A DNA stretch of 64,000 nt from Actinomycetes bacterium (lineage in GTDB: Bacteria > Actinomycetota > Acidimicrobiia > Acidimicrobiales > Palsa-688), in contig JAJZIY010000012.1 of assembly GCA_021828475.1 (NCBI GenBank), positions 1,010 to 65,009 of the forward strand, given 5' to 3'. How positions within the stretch are numbered: the stretch's first letter is position 1; every line of letters starts with the position of its first letter. Below, piece after piece: positions 10,303 through 18,997 of this stretch. The position numbers were made by a program, and so were the translations under genes. The notes beneath the pieces are model-generated. The model was given only the letters and a program-made list of their open reading frames with translations. It did not search any database and was not told the DNA's origin.

Positions 10303-10533
10303 CTGTCCAACACCAACGCGAAAGAGCAGGCCATCCTGCTGGAGGGCACCGTCGTCGAGTCCCTGAAAAATGCCACTTTCCGGGTCAAGACGGACAACGG
10401 CCATGAGGTGCTGGCCCACAACTCGGGCAAGATGCGCATGCACCGGATACGGGTGCTGCCGGGTGACAGGGTCCAGGTCGAGATCAGCCCCTACGACCTC
10501 AAGCGGGGCCGCATAACCTACCGCTTCAAGTAG
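10303..10533 (+). CDS. infA: translation initiation factor IF-1 (start codon uncertain: CTG 10303 or GTG 10279)
   Basis: S1-fold sequence [70 protein letters not shown]. The track ORF (from 10159) is far too long. AGGAGG 10289..10294 lies 8 nt before CTG 10303. Confidence 0.85.
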   Translation: MSNTNAKEQAILLEGTVVESLKNATFRVKTDNGHEVLAHNSGKMRMHRIRVLPGDRVQVEISPYDLKRGRITYRFK

Positions 10534-10587
10534 CACTGCCCGGCCTGCCATGGCAGGCACGCCAAGGCGGACAACCAGAGCAAGAGC

Positions 10588-10615
10588 AACAGGCCGGGGC
10601 GAGCCCCGGCCTGTT
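10588..10615 (+). terminator. perfect 13-bp GC hairpin after infA (AACAGGCCGGGGC-GA-GCCCCGGCCTGTT)
   Basis: Read directly in the sequence, 55 nt after the infA stop. There is no U-tract, so it would be an I-shaped terminator of the kind seen in high-GC actinobacteria. Confidence 0.5.
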
Positions 10616-10674
10616 GCGCGAGCCTGCCGTCCCTGCCGCTGGCCGGCTTCCGGTCGAGCAGTCGAATCCTCTCC

Positions 10675-10692
10675 CGTTGACGCCCGTCAACG
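10675..10692. repeat. palindrome CGTTGACG-CC-CGTCAACG
   Basis: Perfect 8-bp inverted arms. It shares the TGACG/CGTCA core with the palindrome at 11182..11203. Confidence 0.6.
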
Positions 10693-11129
10693 CCACCGGG
10701 CCTGTCGAGCGCGCCGGGGGGGCGCCACCCCGTTCTTGCATGCCCGGGCCTTGGTCCCTCTCGGGCCTTCTCCCTTGTCGGCGCCGGCCAGCAGCCCTGG
10801 CACCCGCACGGCCGTGCGGGTGCGGCCCTGCGCGGAAGGCCGATATGTCTGAATTTCGCGGCGGTTACTTTGGGCCCAAAGTGTGCCTGGAGTAGAGGCA
10901 TCTGTGGCGGTGCCACCGGCCACATATCGGGCAGCACTCAATTGCTCGAGGGGCCGTCTTCCCTGGTGGGAAGCAGGCCATGACGAGCACTTTGGGTGGT
11001 TGCCGACGCGGCCGAGAGCCGTTGCGACGCCATCCAGAACCGGCACAAAAGCGACATTCGCCCCTAAATGTGAAACGGCTACGGGACATCGCCGTAATGC
11101 CTGGATATAGCCCCTTTTCGCGGAAACAC

Positions 11130-11158
11130 TTGACGCGGACGCCTATTTCGCTTAGCGT
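11130..11158 (+). promoter_or_regulatory. candidate sigma-A-type promoter, TTGACG-N17-TAGCGT
   Basis: The hexamers and the 17-nt spacer were counted in the sequence. It lies ~200 nt upstream of the NlpC/P60 start, in a stretch of locally lower GC. Confidence 0.3.
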
Positions 11159-11181
11159 TCTAGACGACCAAGAAGCAGCCG

Positions 11182-11203
11182 GTGACGGAAATTAATTCGT
11201 CAC
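11182..11203. promoter_or_regulatory. palindrome GTGACG-N10(AT-rich)-CGTCAC, candidate operator in the NlpC/P60 leader
   Basis: ggtgacggaaattaattcgtcac has 6-bp perfect arms and lies ~25 nt downstream of the candidate -10. Confidence 0.3.
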
Positions 11204-11363
11204 TTGGGCCACGGGGCACTGCACGTCCCGGCCCTGGTACCGGCTGAGCCACGGATCAAGTTGGAGCGGCCGAGGCTGGCCGCACGGGTTGTAGAGGCGC
11301 GCGCCCTCGGGGCCGTGTCCCTTGCCTTGTCCTGGCTACGTAGTGCGAGGGGTTAGAGAGCAA

Positions 11364-12698
11364 TTGACTGCCGAAGGGCTGATCAAACGCGCCATAGCGG
11401 CGGTCTGCGCCGCTGCCGCTGCCGCCGCCGTGGCGGTGTTCCCTACGGCCGCGGGGGCCTCGCCGCTCGAGGGCACCCGGGGCGTCACGGCACCCACGGA
11501 CGGCTACTGGGTGGTCAACAGCACAGGAGCGGTTGGTGCTGCGGGGGGCGCTCCGGTGCTCGGGAGCCTCCGCCAGCACCAGCGCCTGGACCGCTCGGTG
11601 GTCGGCATGGCTGCGACGCCTGACGGTCAGGGGTACTGGTTGGCGACGGCCGGCGGAGGCGTCTTCAGCTTCGGTGACGCCCGCTTCTTCGGTTCGGCCA
11701 GTTCGCTGCGGATGCTCCACGCGTCAGCCGGGCGGGTGGTGGGCATCGCTGCGGCCCCCGGGGGTCACGGTTACTGGCTGGCGGCAGCCAACGGGGAGGT
11801 CTACAGCTACGGTTCGGCCAGGTACCTGGGTGTCGCCGACCTGCGTGGCAGGGGCTACGTGGTGGGGATAGCGGCGTCGCCTCACGGCATGGGCTACTGG
11901 CTGGCGACCTCGAAGGGGGAGGTCTACAGCTTCGGTACCGCCCGCTACCACGGGGGTGCTGCAAGGGCGGGGCGTCACGTGGTGAGCATCACGGCTACCC
12001 CGCAGGGTGGCGGCTACTGGCTCACGAGCGCCGGGGGTGCCGTCATGCCCTTCGGTGACGCCGCCGACAGGGGTGCTGCAGCCCCCTCCACCAGGAGCGC
12101 TCCCATCGTCGGGATGGCGGCCCTGCTCGATGGCCGCGGGTACTGGGTGGCCAACCGCCAGGGCACCGCCTACGGGTACGGTGCCGGTTCACGTACGGCC
12201 GCAGCGCGCCTGGCAGCCCAGGCCGTTGCCATTGTCGCCGACCCTGCGCCGGTGGCACCCGGCAGGCCCGTGCGGGCTTCGGGTGGGGCTCAGCTCCGAC
12301 AGGAGGCGGCAACCGTCGGTGCCCCCGACCAGGCCGGAGAGGCGGCCGTCGCCTTTGCGCTCGCCCAGGTGGGCAAACCGTACTCCTACGGTGCCACCGG
12401 CCCCTACGCCTTCGACTGCTCCGGCTTGGCGCTGTCGGCCTGGCGCGCCGCAGGCGTCGAACTGCCCCGGACGGCCGCCCAACAGTACAACGCGGGGGTG
12501 CACGTCCCCCTCAGCGACCTGCAGCCCGGTGACCTGGTCTTCTGGGCGACAGACCCCTCCAACCCGGCCACGATCTACCACGTCGCCATATCGTTGGGCG
12601 GGGACCGCACGGTCCAGGCCACTCAGCCTGGCGGGGGCGTGCAGGAGATGGGCTTGTGGGGAGCCGGCCTGCTGCCTCTGGCGACCCGGCCCGCCTGA
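11364..12698 (+). CDS. secreted NlpC/P60 peptidoglycan endopeptidase with six N-terminal ~40-aa GYW repeats
   Basis: TTG 11364 follows GCGAGGGG, and the track start TTG 11322 is also possible. Signal peptide AIAAVCAAAAAAAVAVFPTAAGA. Six repeats of the form P.G.GYWL....G.V..FG.A...G. C-terminal domain GKPYSYGATGPYAFDCSGL...IYHVAISLG. Confidence 0.85.
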   Translation: MTAEGLIKRAIAAVCAAAAAAAVAVFPTAAGASPLEGTRGVTAPTDGYWVVNSTGAVGAAGGAPVLGSLRQHQRLDRSVVGMAATPDGQGYWLATAGGGVFSFGDARFFGSASSLRMLHASAGRVVGIAAAPGGHGYWLAAANGEVYSYGSARYLGVADLRGRGYVVGIAASPHGMGYWLATSKGEVYSFGTARYHGGAARAGRHVVSITATPQGGGYWLTSAGGAVMPFGDAADRGAAAPSTRSAPIVGMAALLDGRGYWVANRQGTAYGYGAGSRTAAARLAAQAVAIVADPAPVAPGRPVRASGGAQLRQEAATVGAPDQAGEAAVAFALAQVGKPYSYGATGPYAFDCSGLALSAWRAAGVELPRTAAQQYNAGVHVPLSDLQPGDLVFWATDPSNPATIYHVAISLGGDRTVQATQPGGGVQEMGLWGAGLLPLATRPA

Positions 12699-12809
12699 GA
12701 GTGCAAGCAGGCGCGGGCCGGCGGCGTCCGCCATGCGGGCCTGGCGTGAGGTGCCCACTGCAATGGCAGGTGGCCGTTGTCGCCGCTTTCTTTGCTCACC
12801 CCGGCCCCC

Positions 12810-13589
12810 TCAGCTCGGCCGCCACCGGCCCCTCTCGGTCAGGACCTCTCTCAGGACGCTGGGGCGGTCCGTCATGAGGCCGTCCACTCCGAGGTCGAGG
12901 AGGCGGTGCATGGAGGCCGGGTCGTCGACGGTCCAGACGTGGACCGCAACGCCCGCCTGATGACAGGAACGGACGAAGCCCTCGTCGACGACAGTCGTGT
13001 GCCCGTGCCGCTCGGGCACCTGAGCGGCCGTCGCCCGCGACCAGCCCCGGGGTAGCCTTCCGATCCTCCTGCCTGCGAGCAGGGCCACGACCCCCCACCA
13101 CCCGGCCGCCACCGGCACCTTGCCGCCGAGCGCGGCGCTCGCCCGAGCCGCGCGGCGGCCCGAGAACGACGCCAGCATGACCCGGTCCTGGGAGGCGGTC
13201 CTGCGCACGGCCTCGACCACTGGCAGCAGGGCAGCCTCCTCTTTGATGTCGATGTTCCAGCAAAGCGACGGCCACGACCCCAGCAGGTCCTCGATCAGCG
13301 GAGGTGGCCGGCCGTCGGCAAGCGGGTAGCCAGACAACTCCCCGGAGCGCACTGTCCCCGGCCGGCCGGGCCGGCCGCAGACGCGCCCGAAGTCGGGGTC
13401 GTGCAGCGCCACGGCGCGACCGTCGGCGCAGGCGCGGGCATCGGTCTCCATGTAGGTGAACCCGGTCGCGACCGCGTGCTCGAAGGCCGCCCAGCTGTTT
13501 TCCGGGGCCTCTGCGGCCCCGCCGCGGTGAGCGAAAGCCAGGGGATCGCGGTGCTCGGCGTACGCCCATGAGCTCTCAGGCCGTGCCAT
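12810..13589 (-). CDS. glycerophosphodiester phosphodiesterase (GDPD family)
   Basis: Contains AFAHRGGAAEAPENSWAAFEHAV, YMETDARA and ALHDPDF. Confidence 0.85.
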   Translation of the reverse strand: MARPESSWAYAEHRDPLAFAHRGGAAEAPENSWAAFEHAVATGFTYMETDARACADGRAVALHDPDFGRVCGRPGRPGTVRSGELSGYPLADGRPPPLIEDLLGSWPSLCWNIDIKEEAALLPVVEAVRRTASQDRVMLASFSGRRAARASAALGGKVPVAAGWWGVVALLAGRRIGRLPRGWSRATAAQVPERHGHTTVVDEGFVRSCHQAGVAVHVWTVDDPASMHRLLDLGVDGLMTDRPSVLREVLTERGRWRPS

Positions 13590-13747
13590 GGTGCGCCAAG
13601 GTAGCGGTCACGGCGTGCGGCCGCGCCGACGGGCGGCGCGTGCTGCGGCCCGGCTGGTGCGTGCTGACGGCAGGCACCCTGCTCTGCTCGACCGCTGCTT
13701 TGCTCGACTGCGGCGCGAAAGGGTTGCGCTGGGGTACGGTTTGTGCC

Positions 13748-14839
13748 GTGGTCAGCATCGATATCTCTTCAGCCCGGCTCGTGCCGGGCGCAGGCGAAGG
13801 CGGCTGGTTGTGCAGGCTGCCGAGCGCGGTGGTGTGGGCCCCGGGGCACGGCGACGAGGCCGAGGAGCTTGTCAGGACCTGTTTGTCGGCGGGCAGCGCC
13901 GCCGAGCTGCTCGGTCGGGTGGGCTCGCACCTGGCCGATCCCCAGGGCGCGGCCTGGCCACCCTTCGCCATCGTGGCGGCGCGCGGTGCCGACGTCGTCG
14001 CCGTGGTCCACGGCCCCGTCGCCCTTCAGGTGAGGCACGGCTCTGGTGACGAGCGCCTCTTCGGGGGGGAGGAGGTCGGTTCGTGGCTCAACCGCGTCCT
14101 TCGCAACGTGTCCGTCGTGAGCGCCGGCACGCCCGGCGTGCGCGATGCCCTTTCGGACATGCGCCAGGGAGTGGTGCGGGCGAGCGGCTTCGCCCTGCTG
14201 CCCGTCGGGGCCAGGGGAGCGGAGGCCGTCTTGCCGGCGGCTGCTGCACTGGCAGCCTCCTCCCTGTCGCCGTCTCCGGCACCGGCGCGCCAGGGCAGCC
14301 CCGGCGCCAGCTCCGTGGTGCCCCAGCACCGTTTCGTCGACGACGACCTCGCCGCCGGCTTCGGTGCCGCCGGCTTCGGTGCCGCCGACTTCAGCGACGA
14401 CGAGTTCGCGGCCGAGAGCCCGACGGTCGTGGAGCAACCTGCCGTCGTTGGCGACGCCACCCTGGCCGAGACGGTCGGGCGCGGCGGGCTCGGTCGCCTG
14501 ACATGGGACAACGGCGAAGTCGACGACCTCGATGGCCCGGCGCTCGTCGGTAGGGACGTCTCGACCGACGAGGCCGTCCTGGCCGGGCGCATGGCCGGCC
14601 TGGTGCCCGGCGGCCAAAACGACAGCATGTCGCGTGTCCATGCCGAGATCAGCCTGCGCGGGGCCGAGGTCGTGGTGGTGGACCGGGGGTCGACCAACGG
14701 GACGTTCATCTGGGACGAGGCGGCCAAGGCCTGGCAGCGTCTCGCCGCCGGCCAGGCGCACGCAGTGACGCCCGGTACCGTCCTCGCCTTCGGCGAGCGG
14801 ACCGCCACCTTCGAGGGCCACGCCGCCCCGGTCGGCTGA
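13748..14839 (+). CDS. FHA domain-containing protein (start uncertain)
   Basis: C-terminal FHA domain LVGRD...[31 protein letters not shown]. The track start 13568 would overlap the divergent GDPD start, so I prefer GTG 13748. Confidence 0.7.
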   Translation: MVSIDISSARLVPGAGEGGWLCRLPSAVVWAPGHGDEAEELVRTCLSAGSAAELLGRVGSHLADPQGAAWPPFAIVAARGADVVAVVHGPVALQVRHGSGDERLFGGEEVGSWLNRVLRNVSVVSAGTPGVRDALSDMRQGVVRASGFALLPVGARGAEAVLPAAAALAASSLSPSPAPARQGSPGASSVVPQHRFVDDDLAAGFGAAGFGAADFSDDEFAAESPTVVEQPAVVGDATLAETVGRGGLGRLTWDNGEVDDLDGPALVGRDVSTDEAVLAGRMAGLVPGGQNDSMSRVHAEISLRGAEVVVVDRGSTNGTFIWDEAAKAWQRLAAGQAHAVTPGTVLAFGERTATFEGHAAPVG

Positions 14840-14934
14840 GAGCACTGCGCACGTGCCCGGCCGACGGGCCCGGCCGCGCACCGTTCCTTAAACAACGGCT
14901 GAATCTCGGGGGCCGGTCAGTCCGGAGACGTATC

Positions 14935-15522
14935 GTGGCGGGTATGGCCGACAAGGCGACGTTCGCGGAGCAGGCGATCCCCTACATGGGCTCGCTCTAC
15001 AGCGCGGCGCTGCGCATGACCCGCAACGGCCCGGACGCCGAGGACCTGGTCCAGGAGACCTACCTCAAGGCCTACCGCGCTTTCGGGTCCTTCCAGGAGG
15101 GCACCAACCTCAAGTCCTGGCTCTACAAGATCCTGACCAACACCTTCATCAACAGTTACAGGGCACGTCGTCGCCGCCCGGTGGAGTCCGACATGGACGA
15201 CATCGAGGATCTCTACCTCTACCGCCGTCTCGGTGGCCTGGAGGCGGCCGCAGCCGGTCGTAGCGCGGAGGAGACCGTCCTGGAGGGTATCAGCGAGGGC
15301 GAGGTCAAGGCGGCTGTCGAGTCGCTGCCCGAGCAGTTCCGCCTCGCCGTCGTGCTCGCCGACGTAGAGGGTTTCTCCTACAAGGAGATAGCCGAGATCC
15401 TCGATGTGCCCATGGGTACGGTGATGAGCAGGCTGCACCGGGGAAGAAGGGCACTGCAAAAAGCGTTGCACCCATATGCACGAGAGCACCGGCTGGTGTC
15501 TCCTGCCGACGTGGCCAACTAA
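14935..15522 (+). CDS. sigH: ECF sigma factor of the SigH/SigR (thiol-oxidative stress) type
   Basis: Region 2 [17 protein letters not shown] and region 4 [37 protein letters not shown] lies 8 nt before GTG 14935. It is followed by a ZAS anti-sigma gene. Confidence 0.85.
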   Translation: MAGMADKATFAEQAIPYMGSLYSAALRMTRNGPDAEDLVQETYLKAYRAFGSFQEGTNLKSWLYKILTNTFINSYRARRRRPVESDMDDIEDLYLYRRLGGLEAAAAGRSAEETVLEGISEGEVKAAVESLPEQFRLAVVLADVEGFSYKEIAEILDVPMGTVMSRLHRGRRALQKALHPYAREHRLVSPADVAN

Positions 15523-15541
15523 CGATCGACGAGCGAACCAG

Positions 15542-15826
15542 ATGCAACCTGAGCCGTACGACCATGGAGGAGAACGGGTGGAGCGGCCGGTGGTGGAGCC
15601 CTGTCAGGAGGCCATCGCCACCCTCTACAGCTTTCTCGACGGCGAGCTCACCCCGGACATGCGGGAGCGGATCCAGCACCATCTGGATGACTGCGCACCG
15701 TGCCTGAGCAAGTTCGACTTCGAGTCCGAGCTGAAGGCCGTGATAGCCCGCAAGTGCAGGGACGAGGTCCCCGAGGCACTGAAGCTGCGCGTGGCCCAGG
15801 CTCTGCACGCCGAAGACGGGTCGTGA
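15542..15826 (+). CDS. rshA: zinc-binding anti-sigma factor (RsrA/RshA-like, ZAS)
   Basis: Starts at ATG 15542. Contains EPCQEAI...LDGEL...HHLDDCAPC (HxxxCxxC). Confidence 0.85.
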   Translation: MQPEPYDHGGERVERPVVEPCQEAIATLYSFLDGELTPDMRERIQHHLDDCAPCLSKFDFESELKAVIARKCRDEVPEALKLRVAQALHAEDGS

Positions 15827-15850
15827 ATAGCCTGCGCCTCTCCCGGGTAC

Positions 15851-16090
15851 ATGGGGTTGCGTCCGGGAAGGAAGTTCCCCCAGCAGACGTTAGTGAGAGA
15901 GATGAGCGAACGATCACTCGGTGGCCACATGCTGAGCGGAGGGGAGCGGCCGTCGAAGTCGTTCGGACGCGACCGGACCTGCCGCCATCCAGGTTGCAGC
16001 ACGAAGCTCTCGATGTACAACAACGGCAAGTACTGTTTCCAGCACGAGCCGATGGCAGTGCCGCGCACCCGGGGCCGCAAGATCGCATAG
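15851..16090 (+). CDS. small hypothetical zinc-ribbon protein (start uncertain)
   Basis: Contains CRHPGCSTKLSMYNNGKYCFQHE (CxxxxC...CxxH). It is basic and lies immediately downstream of rshA. Confidence 0.5.
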   Translation: MGLRPGRKFPQQTLVREMSERSLGGHMLSGGERPSKSFGRDRTCRHPGCSTKLSMYNNGKYCFQHEPMAVPRTRGRKIA

Positions 16091-16118
16091 CCGGCGTGGC
16101 TGCCCGGGAGGGACAGCC

Positions 16119-17228
16119 TTGAACACAACCGGCGATGGGCCCATAGCCTGGGATCTCGCTGAGAAGGTCGCTGTCCGCATCGCCAGCAGGCAGCCCGGAG
16201 TGGTCCCTGGGCGTCTGCGGGTCCTCGAAGAGGACTTCGCCGAGCTCACAGCCCAAGCCGAGGAGCTGGTCGTGCGCGAGACCGGTCTCGAGCCTCTGGC
16301 CGGGCCGGCTCGGGCCCGAGTGACCGATCGGGCCGGGTGGGCGCGCGCGAACATCGCCTCGATGCAGCGGCTGCTGCGTCCCCTGAGCGACAAGCTCGAG
16401 GCGGCGATGAACAAGTCGGTGCCGAGCATCGGCCCGGTCCAGCTGAAGGTGCCGTCGCAGGTGACCCGCAATGTCACCGGTGCCCAGCTCGGGGCGCTGC
16501 TCGGTTGGATGTCGACCCGTGTGCTCGGTCAGTACGACCAGTTGCTCATCGAGGACGAGCGGCCCGATGACCAGGACATCGTCTACTACGTCGGCCCCAA
16601 CGTCATCGACTTGGAGGACCGCCACGGCTTCCAGCCGCGCCAGTTCCGGCTCTGGATAGCGTTGCACGAGGTCACGCACCGCTTGCAGTTCACCGGGGTC
16701 CCCTGGCTGCGTCCCTACTTCCTGGACCTGGTGAGCTCCATGCTCGCGGGCGTCGACCCCGACCCCCACCGCCTTGTGGACGCCCTCAAGCGGGCGGCGG
16801 GCGAAGCGAGGGAGGGGCGCAACCCCCTGGAGGAGGCGGGCCTGCTCGGCCTGCTGGCCTCGCCCGCCCAGCGCCAGGCCATGGACAGGATCGGCGGGCT
16901 GATGAGCCTCCTCGAAGGCCACGGTGACGTGGTGATGAACCGGGCTGCGGCGGGCCGCGCCCCACAAGCCGAGCGTTTCGCCAGGACGCTCCACGAGCGC
17001 CGGCAGCGGCGAGGGGCGGCGAAGGTCGTCAGCACGCTCGTCGGGCTCGATGCCAAGCTGCGCCAGTACGAGATGGGGGAGCGCTTCATCGACGAGATCG
17101 AGCGGCTCGGCGGCCGCGAGCTCTTCGACGTCGTCTGGCGGGGGCCCGAGTGGTTGCCGACCCTGGGCGAGATCAAGGACCCCGCTTCGTGGGCGCAGCG
17201 TGCGGCCGGGCTCGGCCGTAGCGCCTGA
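16119..17228 (+). CDS. zinc-dependent metalloprotease, DUF2342 family
   Basis: HExxH motif in LHEVTHRLQF. 369 aa. It occupies the position upstream of tilS, as in mycobacteria by my recollection. Confidence 0.8.
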   Translation: MNTTGDGPIAWDLAEKVAVRIASRQPGVVPGRLRVLEEDFAELTAQAEELVVRETGLEPLAGPARARVTDRAGWARANIASMQRLLRPLSDKLEAAMNKSVPSIGPVQLKVPSQVTRNVTGAQLGALLGWMSTRVLGQYDQLLIEDERPDDQDIVYYVGPNVIDLEDRHGFQPRQFRLWIALHEVTHRLQFTGVPWLRPYFLDLVSSMLAGVDPDPHRLVDALKRAAGEAREGRNPLEEAGLLGLLASPAQRQAMDRIGGLMSLLEGHGDVVMNRAAAGRAPQAERFARTLHERRQRRGAAKVVSTLVGLDAKLRQYEMGERFIDEIERLGGRELFDVVWRGPEWLPTLGEIKDPASWAQRAAGLGRSA

Positions 17229-17255
17229 ACCGCCCGGCTGCCGGGCAGGCCGGCT

Positions 17256-18047
17256 GTGGCCCGCGTCCTGGTCGTCGACGACGAACCCGACCTGAGGGAG
17301 CTGGTGCGCATCAGCCTCCAGTTGGCCGGTCATGAGGTGTCGGTGTGCGCCGACGGGGGCGAGGGACTGGACGCCGTGCGCCGTGACCGGCCTGACGTGG
17401 TCGTCCTCGATGTGATGATGCCCGTGATGGACGGCTGGGACGTGCTGAGCCGCCTGAAGTCCGATCCGGACGCCTCGGTGGCGTCCATCCCCGTGCTCAT
17501 GCTCACGGCCAGAGCCGACGAGCTGGACGCCATCCGCGGCGGCATCGAGGGAGCGGTCCACTACCTGACGAAGCCCTTCTCCATCGAGGACCTTCGTTCG
17601 GCGGTGCTCGGCGTGCTCGTAGCCGGTCCCGAACCGGCGCTGCGACGAGCGGCACAGGAGGACGCCCTGGTGCGCCTGGCCCGTCTGGAGCGGGGTACAT
17701 CCGGGCCTGCGGGCCGGCCTCCCGGGCCGCGCATGACCCGCCTCGAGCCGGCCAGTGGCGTCCCCCAGGGCCCGAGCGGGCACTCCCGCGACGCCGGCGC
17801 CTGGCCCAGCTGGTTGGCATCGGCAAGCATGACAGCGCGCGACCGGGAGATACTCGAAGCCGTGATGTCCTGTGCCACTCTCGGCGACGCTCGTGCCACC
17901 CTGCAGTTGAGCCGCAGCTACCTGTACTCGAGACTGCGCCACCTCGCGCACGGGCTGGGTTTTTCCGGCGGCCCGGCGCTCGTTCGAGCACTGCACGCGG
18001 CGAACGCGCTTGCCGAGCGGCCCCCCCGGCCCGGACCGAGCCACTGA
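17256..18047 (+). CDS. orphan response regulator with a divergent C-terminal HTH-like domain
   Basis: Receiver domain VLVVDDEPDLRE..VVVLDVMMPVMDG..LMLTA..YLTKPF. The C-terminus reads TARDREILEAV...LQLSRSYLYSRLRHLAHGLG. There is no kinase gene in the window. Confidence 0.8.
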   Translation: MARVLVVDDEPDLRELVRISLQLAGHEVSVCADGGEGLDAVRRDRPDVVVLDVMMPVMDGWDVLSRLKSDPDASVASIPVLMLTARADELDAIRGGIEGAVHYLTKPFSIEDLRSAVLGVLVAGPEPALRRAAQEDALVRLARLERGTSGPAGRPPGPRMTRLEPASGVPQGPSGHSRDAGAWPSWLASASMTARDREILEAVMSCATLGDARATLQLSRSYLYSRLRHLAHGLGFSGGPALVRALHAANALAERPPRPGPSH

Positions 18048-18997
18048 TGCTCCCGGTGCCATCGCCCCGGGCATGGCCGGAGGCCGTCGCGGCCGTACTG
18101 GCGCGCTGCAGCTTCCCTCGACCGGGCGAGCCTGCAGCCTGTGCCGTCTCCGGCGGCCCGGACTCCATCGCCCTGCTCGCGCTGGCGGTCGCCGCCGGCT
18201 GCCGCGCTCACGCCGTGCACGTCGACCACGGGCTCCGGCCGTCGAGCGCCACCGATGCCGATGTCGTGAGAGATGCGGCTCAGGCCCTCGGAGCGACGTT
18301 CGAGACCGTCACGGTCGTCGTCGGGCCGGGCCCCGACCTCGAGGCCAGGGCGCGCAGCGCACGCTACGAGGCCCTTCCGACGGGTGCACTGGTGGGCCAT
18401 ACCGCTGACGACCAGGCGGAGACCCTGCTGCTCAATCTCATGCGTGGCTCCGGTCTCGACGGGCTGGCCGCCATGCGTCCCGGCCCGGCGGGACTGAGGG
18501 GCGTCCGGCGGCCGATCCTGGACTTGCGCAGGTCGGAGACGGCCGCGGTCGCGGCGGCGCTCGGCCTGCGCACCGTGAGCGACGAGTCCAACCAGGACAT
18601 GCGCTTCCGGCGCAACCGTGTTCGTAGCGAGCTGCTGCCCATGCTCGCCGACGTCTCCGGCCGAGACCCCGTCCCGGTGCTTGCACGCACCGCCCGCCTG
18701 CTGGCGCAGGACGCTGAGATGCTGGCCGACCTGGCCACGGGCGTGGACGCGACGGACGTGCGTGCGCTCAGAGCAACGCCCGGGCCACTCGCCCGACGTG
18801 CGTTGAGGTCCTGGTTGCGTGAGGGCCAGGGTGCCGAGCAGCACCCGCCCTCCGCGGCGGAGACCGAGCGTGTCTGGCAGGTGGTGCAGGGCACCGCCAA
18901 GGCCTGTGAGCTGGCCGGAGGCCGTCGCGTGACCCGCTCCAAGGGCCGGCTGCGGGTTTGGGCACCAGCCGCCGGTATAGGTTGGCAACGCCCATGA
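18047..18997 (+). CDS. tilS: tRNA(Ile)-lysidine synthase
   Basis: PP-loop [14 protein letters not shown]. The start overlaps the upstream stop (TGATG). Confidence 0.9.
   Translation: MLPVPSPRAWPEAVAAVLARCSFPRPGEPAACAVSGGPDSIALLALAVAAGCRAHAVHVDHGLRPSSATDADVVRDAAQALGATFETVTVVVGPGPDLEARARSARYEALPTGALVGHTADDQAETLLLNLMRGSGLDGLAAMRPGPAGLRGVRRPILDLRRSETAAVAAALGLRTVSDESNQDMRFRRNRVRSELLPMLADVSGRDPVPVLARTARLLAQDAEMLADLATGVDATDVRALRATPGPLARRALRSWLREGQGAEQHPPSAAETERVWQVVQGTAKACELAGGRRVTRSKGRLRVWAPAAGIGWQRP

Noticed and set aside
10945-10985. SRP-RNA-like GGGAAGCAGGCC segment
   Set aside because: Only the GGAAGCAG core matches. The flanking conserved domain IV sequence (GUCAGGUCCGGAAGGAAGCAGCC) and the symmetric loop partner are absent.
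11160-11363. c-di-AMP (ydaO-type) riboswitch upstream of the NlpC/P60 hydrolase; attractive because disA is in the window and this class often controls actinobacterial cell-wall hydrolases
   Set aside because: I could not find the conserved ydaO blocks (ACGGGGACCCA, GGGGUGAAUC, CCCGAAUCCGACAGCUAACCUCGUAAGCG). Only loose resemblances exist (ACGGGGCAC, GGCUACGUAGUGCGAGG). cmsearch with RF00379 would settle the question.
14840-14934. SigH/SigR autoregulatory promoter (GGAAT-N18-GTT) upstream of sigH
   Set aside because: No plus-strand match with correct spacing was found. The only GGAAC lies on the opposite strand. The promoter may be upstream within the FHA gene, or it may be of another type.
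15648-18074. 808-aa minus-strand ORF, with similar giants at 1377..3290, 6660..8663, 18364..20181, 20247..22229, 22559..23995, 27926..30292, 42576..44042 and 44435..45664
   Set aside because: Each lies antisense to several independent, motif-supported genes (for example rshA/DUF2342/response regulator, or clpC). Their translations are Arg/Pro/Gly/His-rich with no recognisable motifs. Long stop-free antisense frames are expected at ~70% GC.
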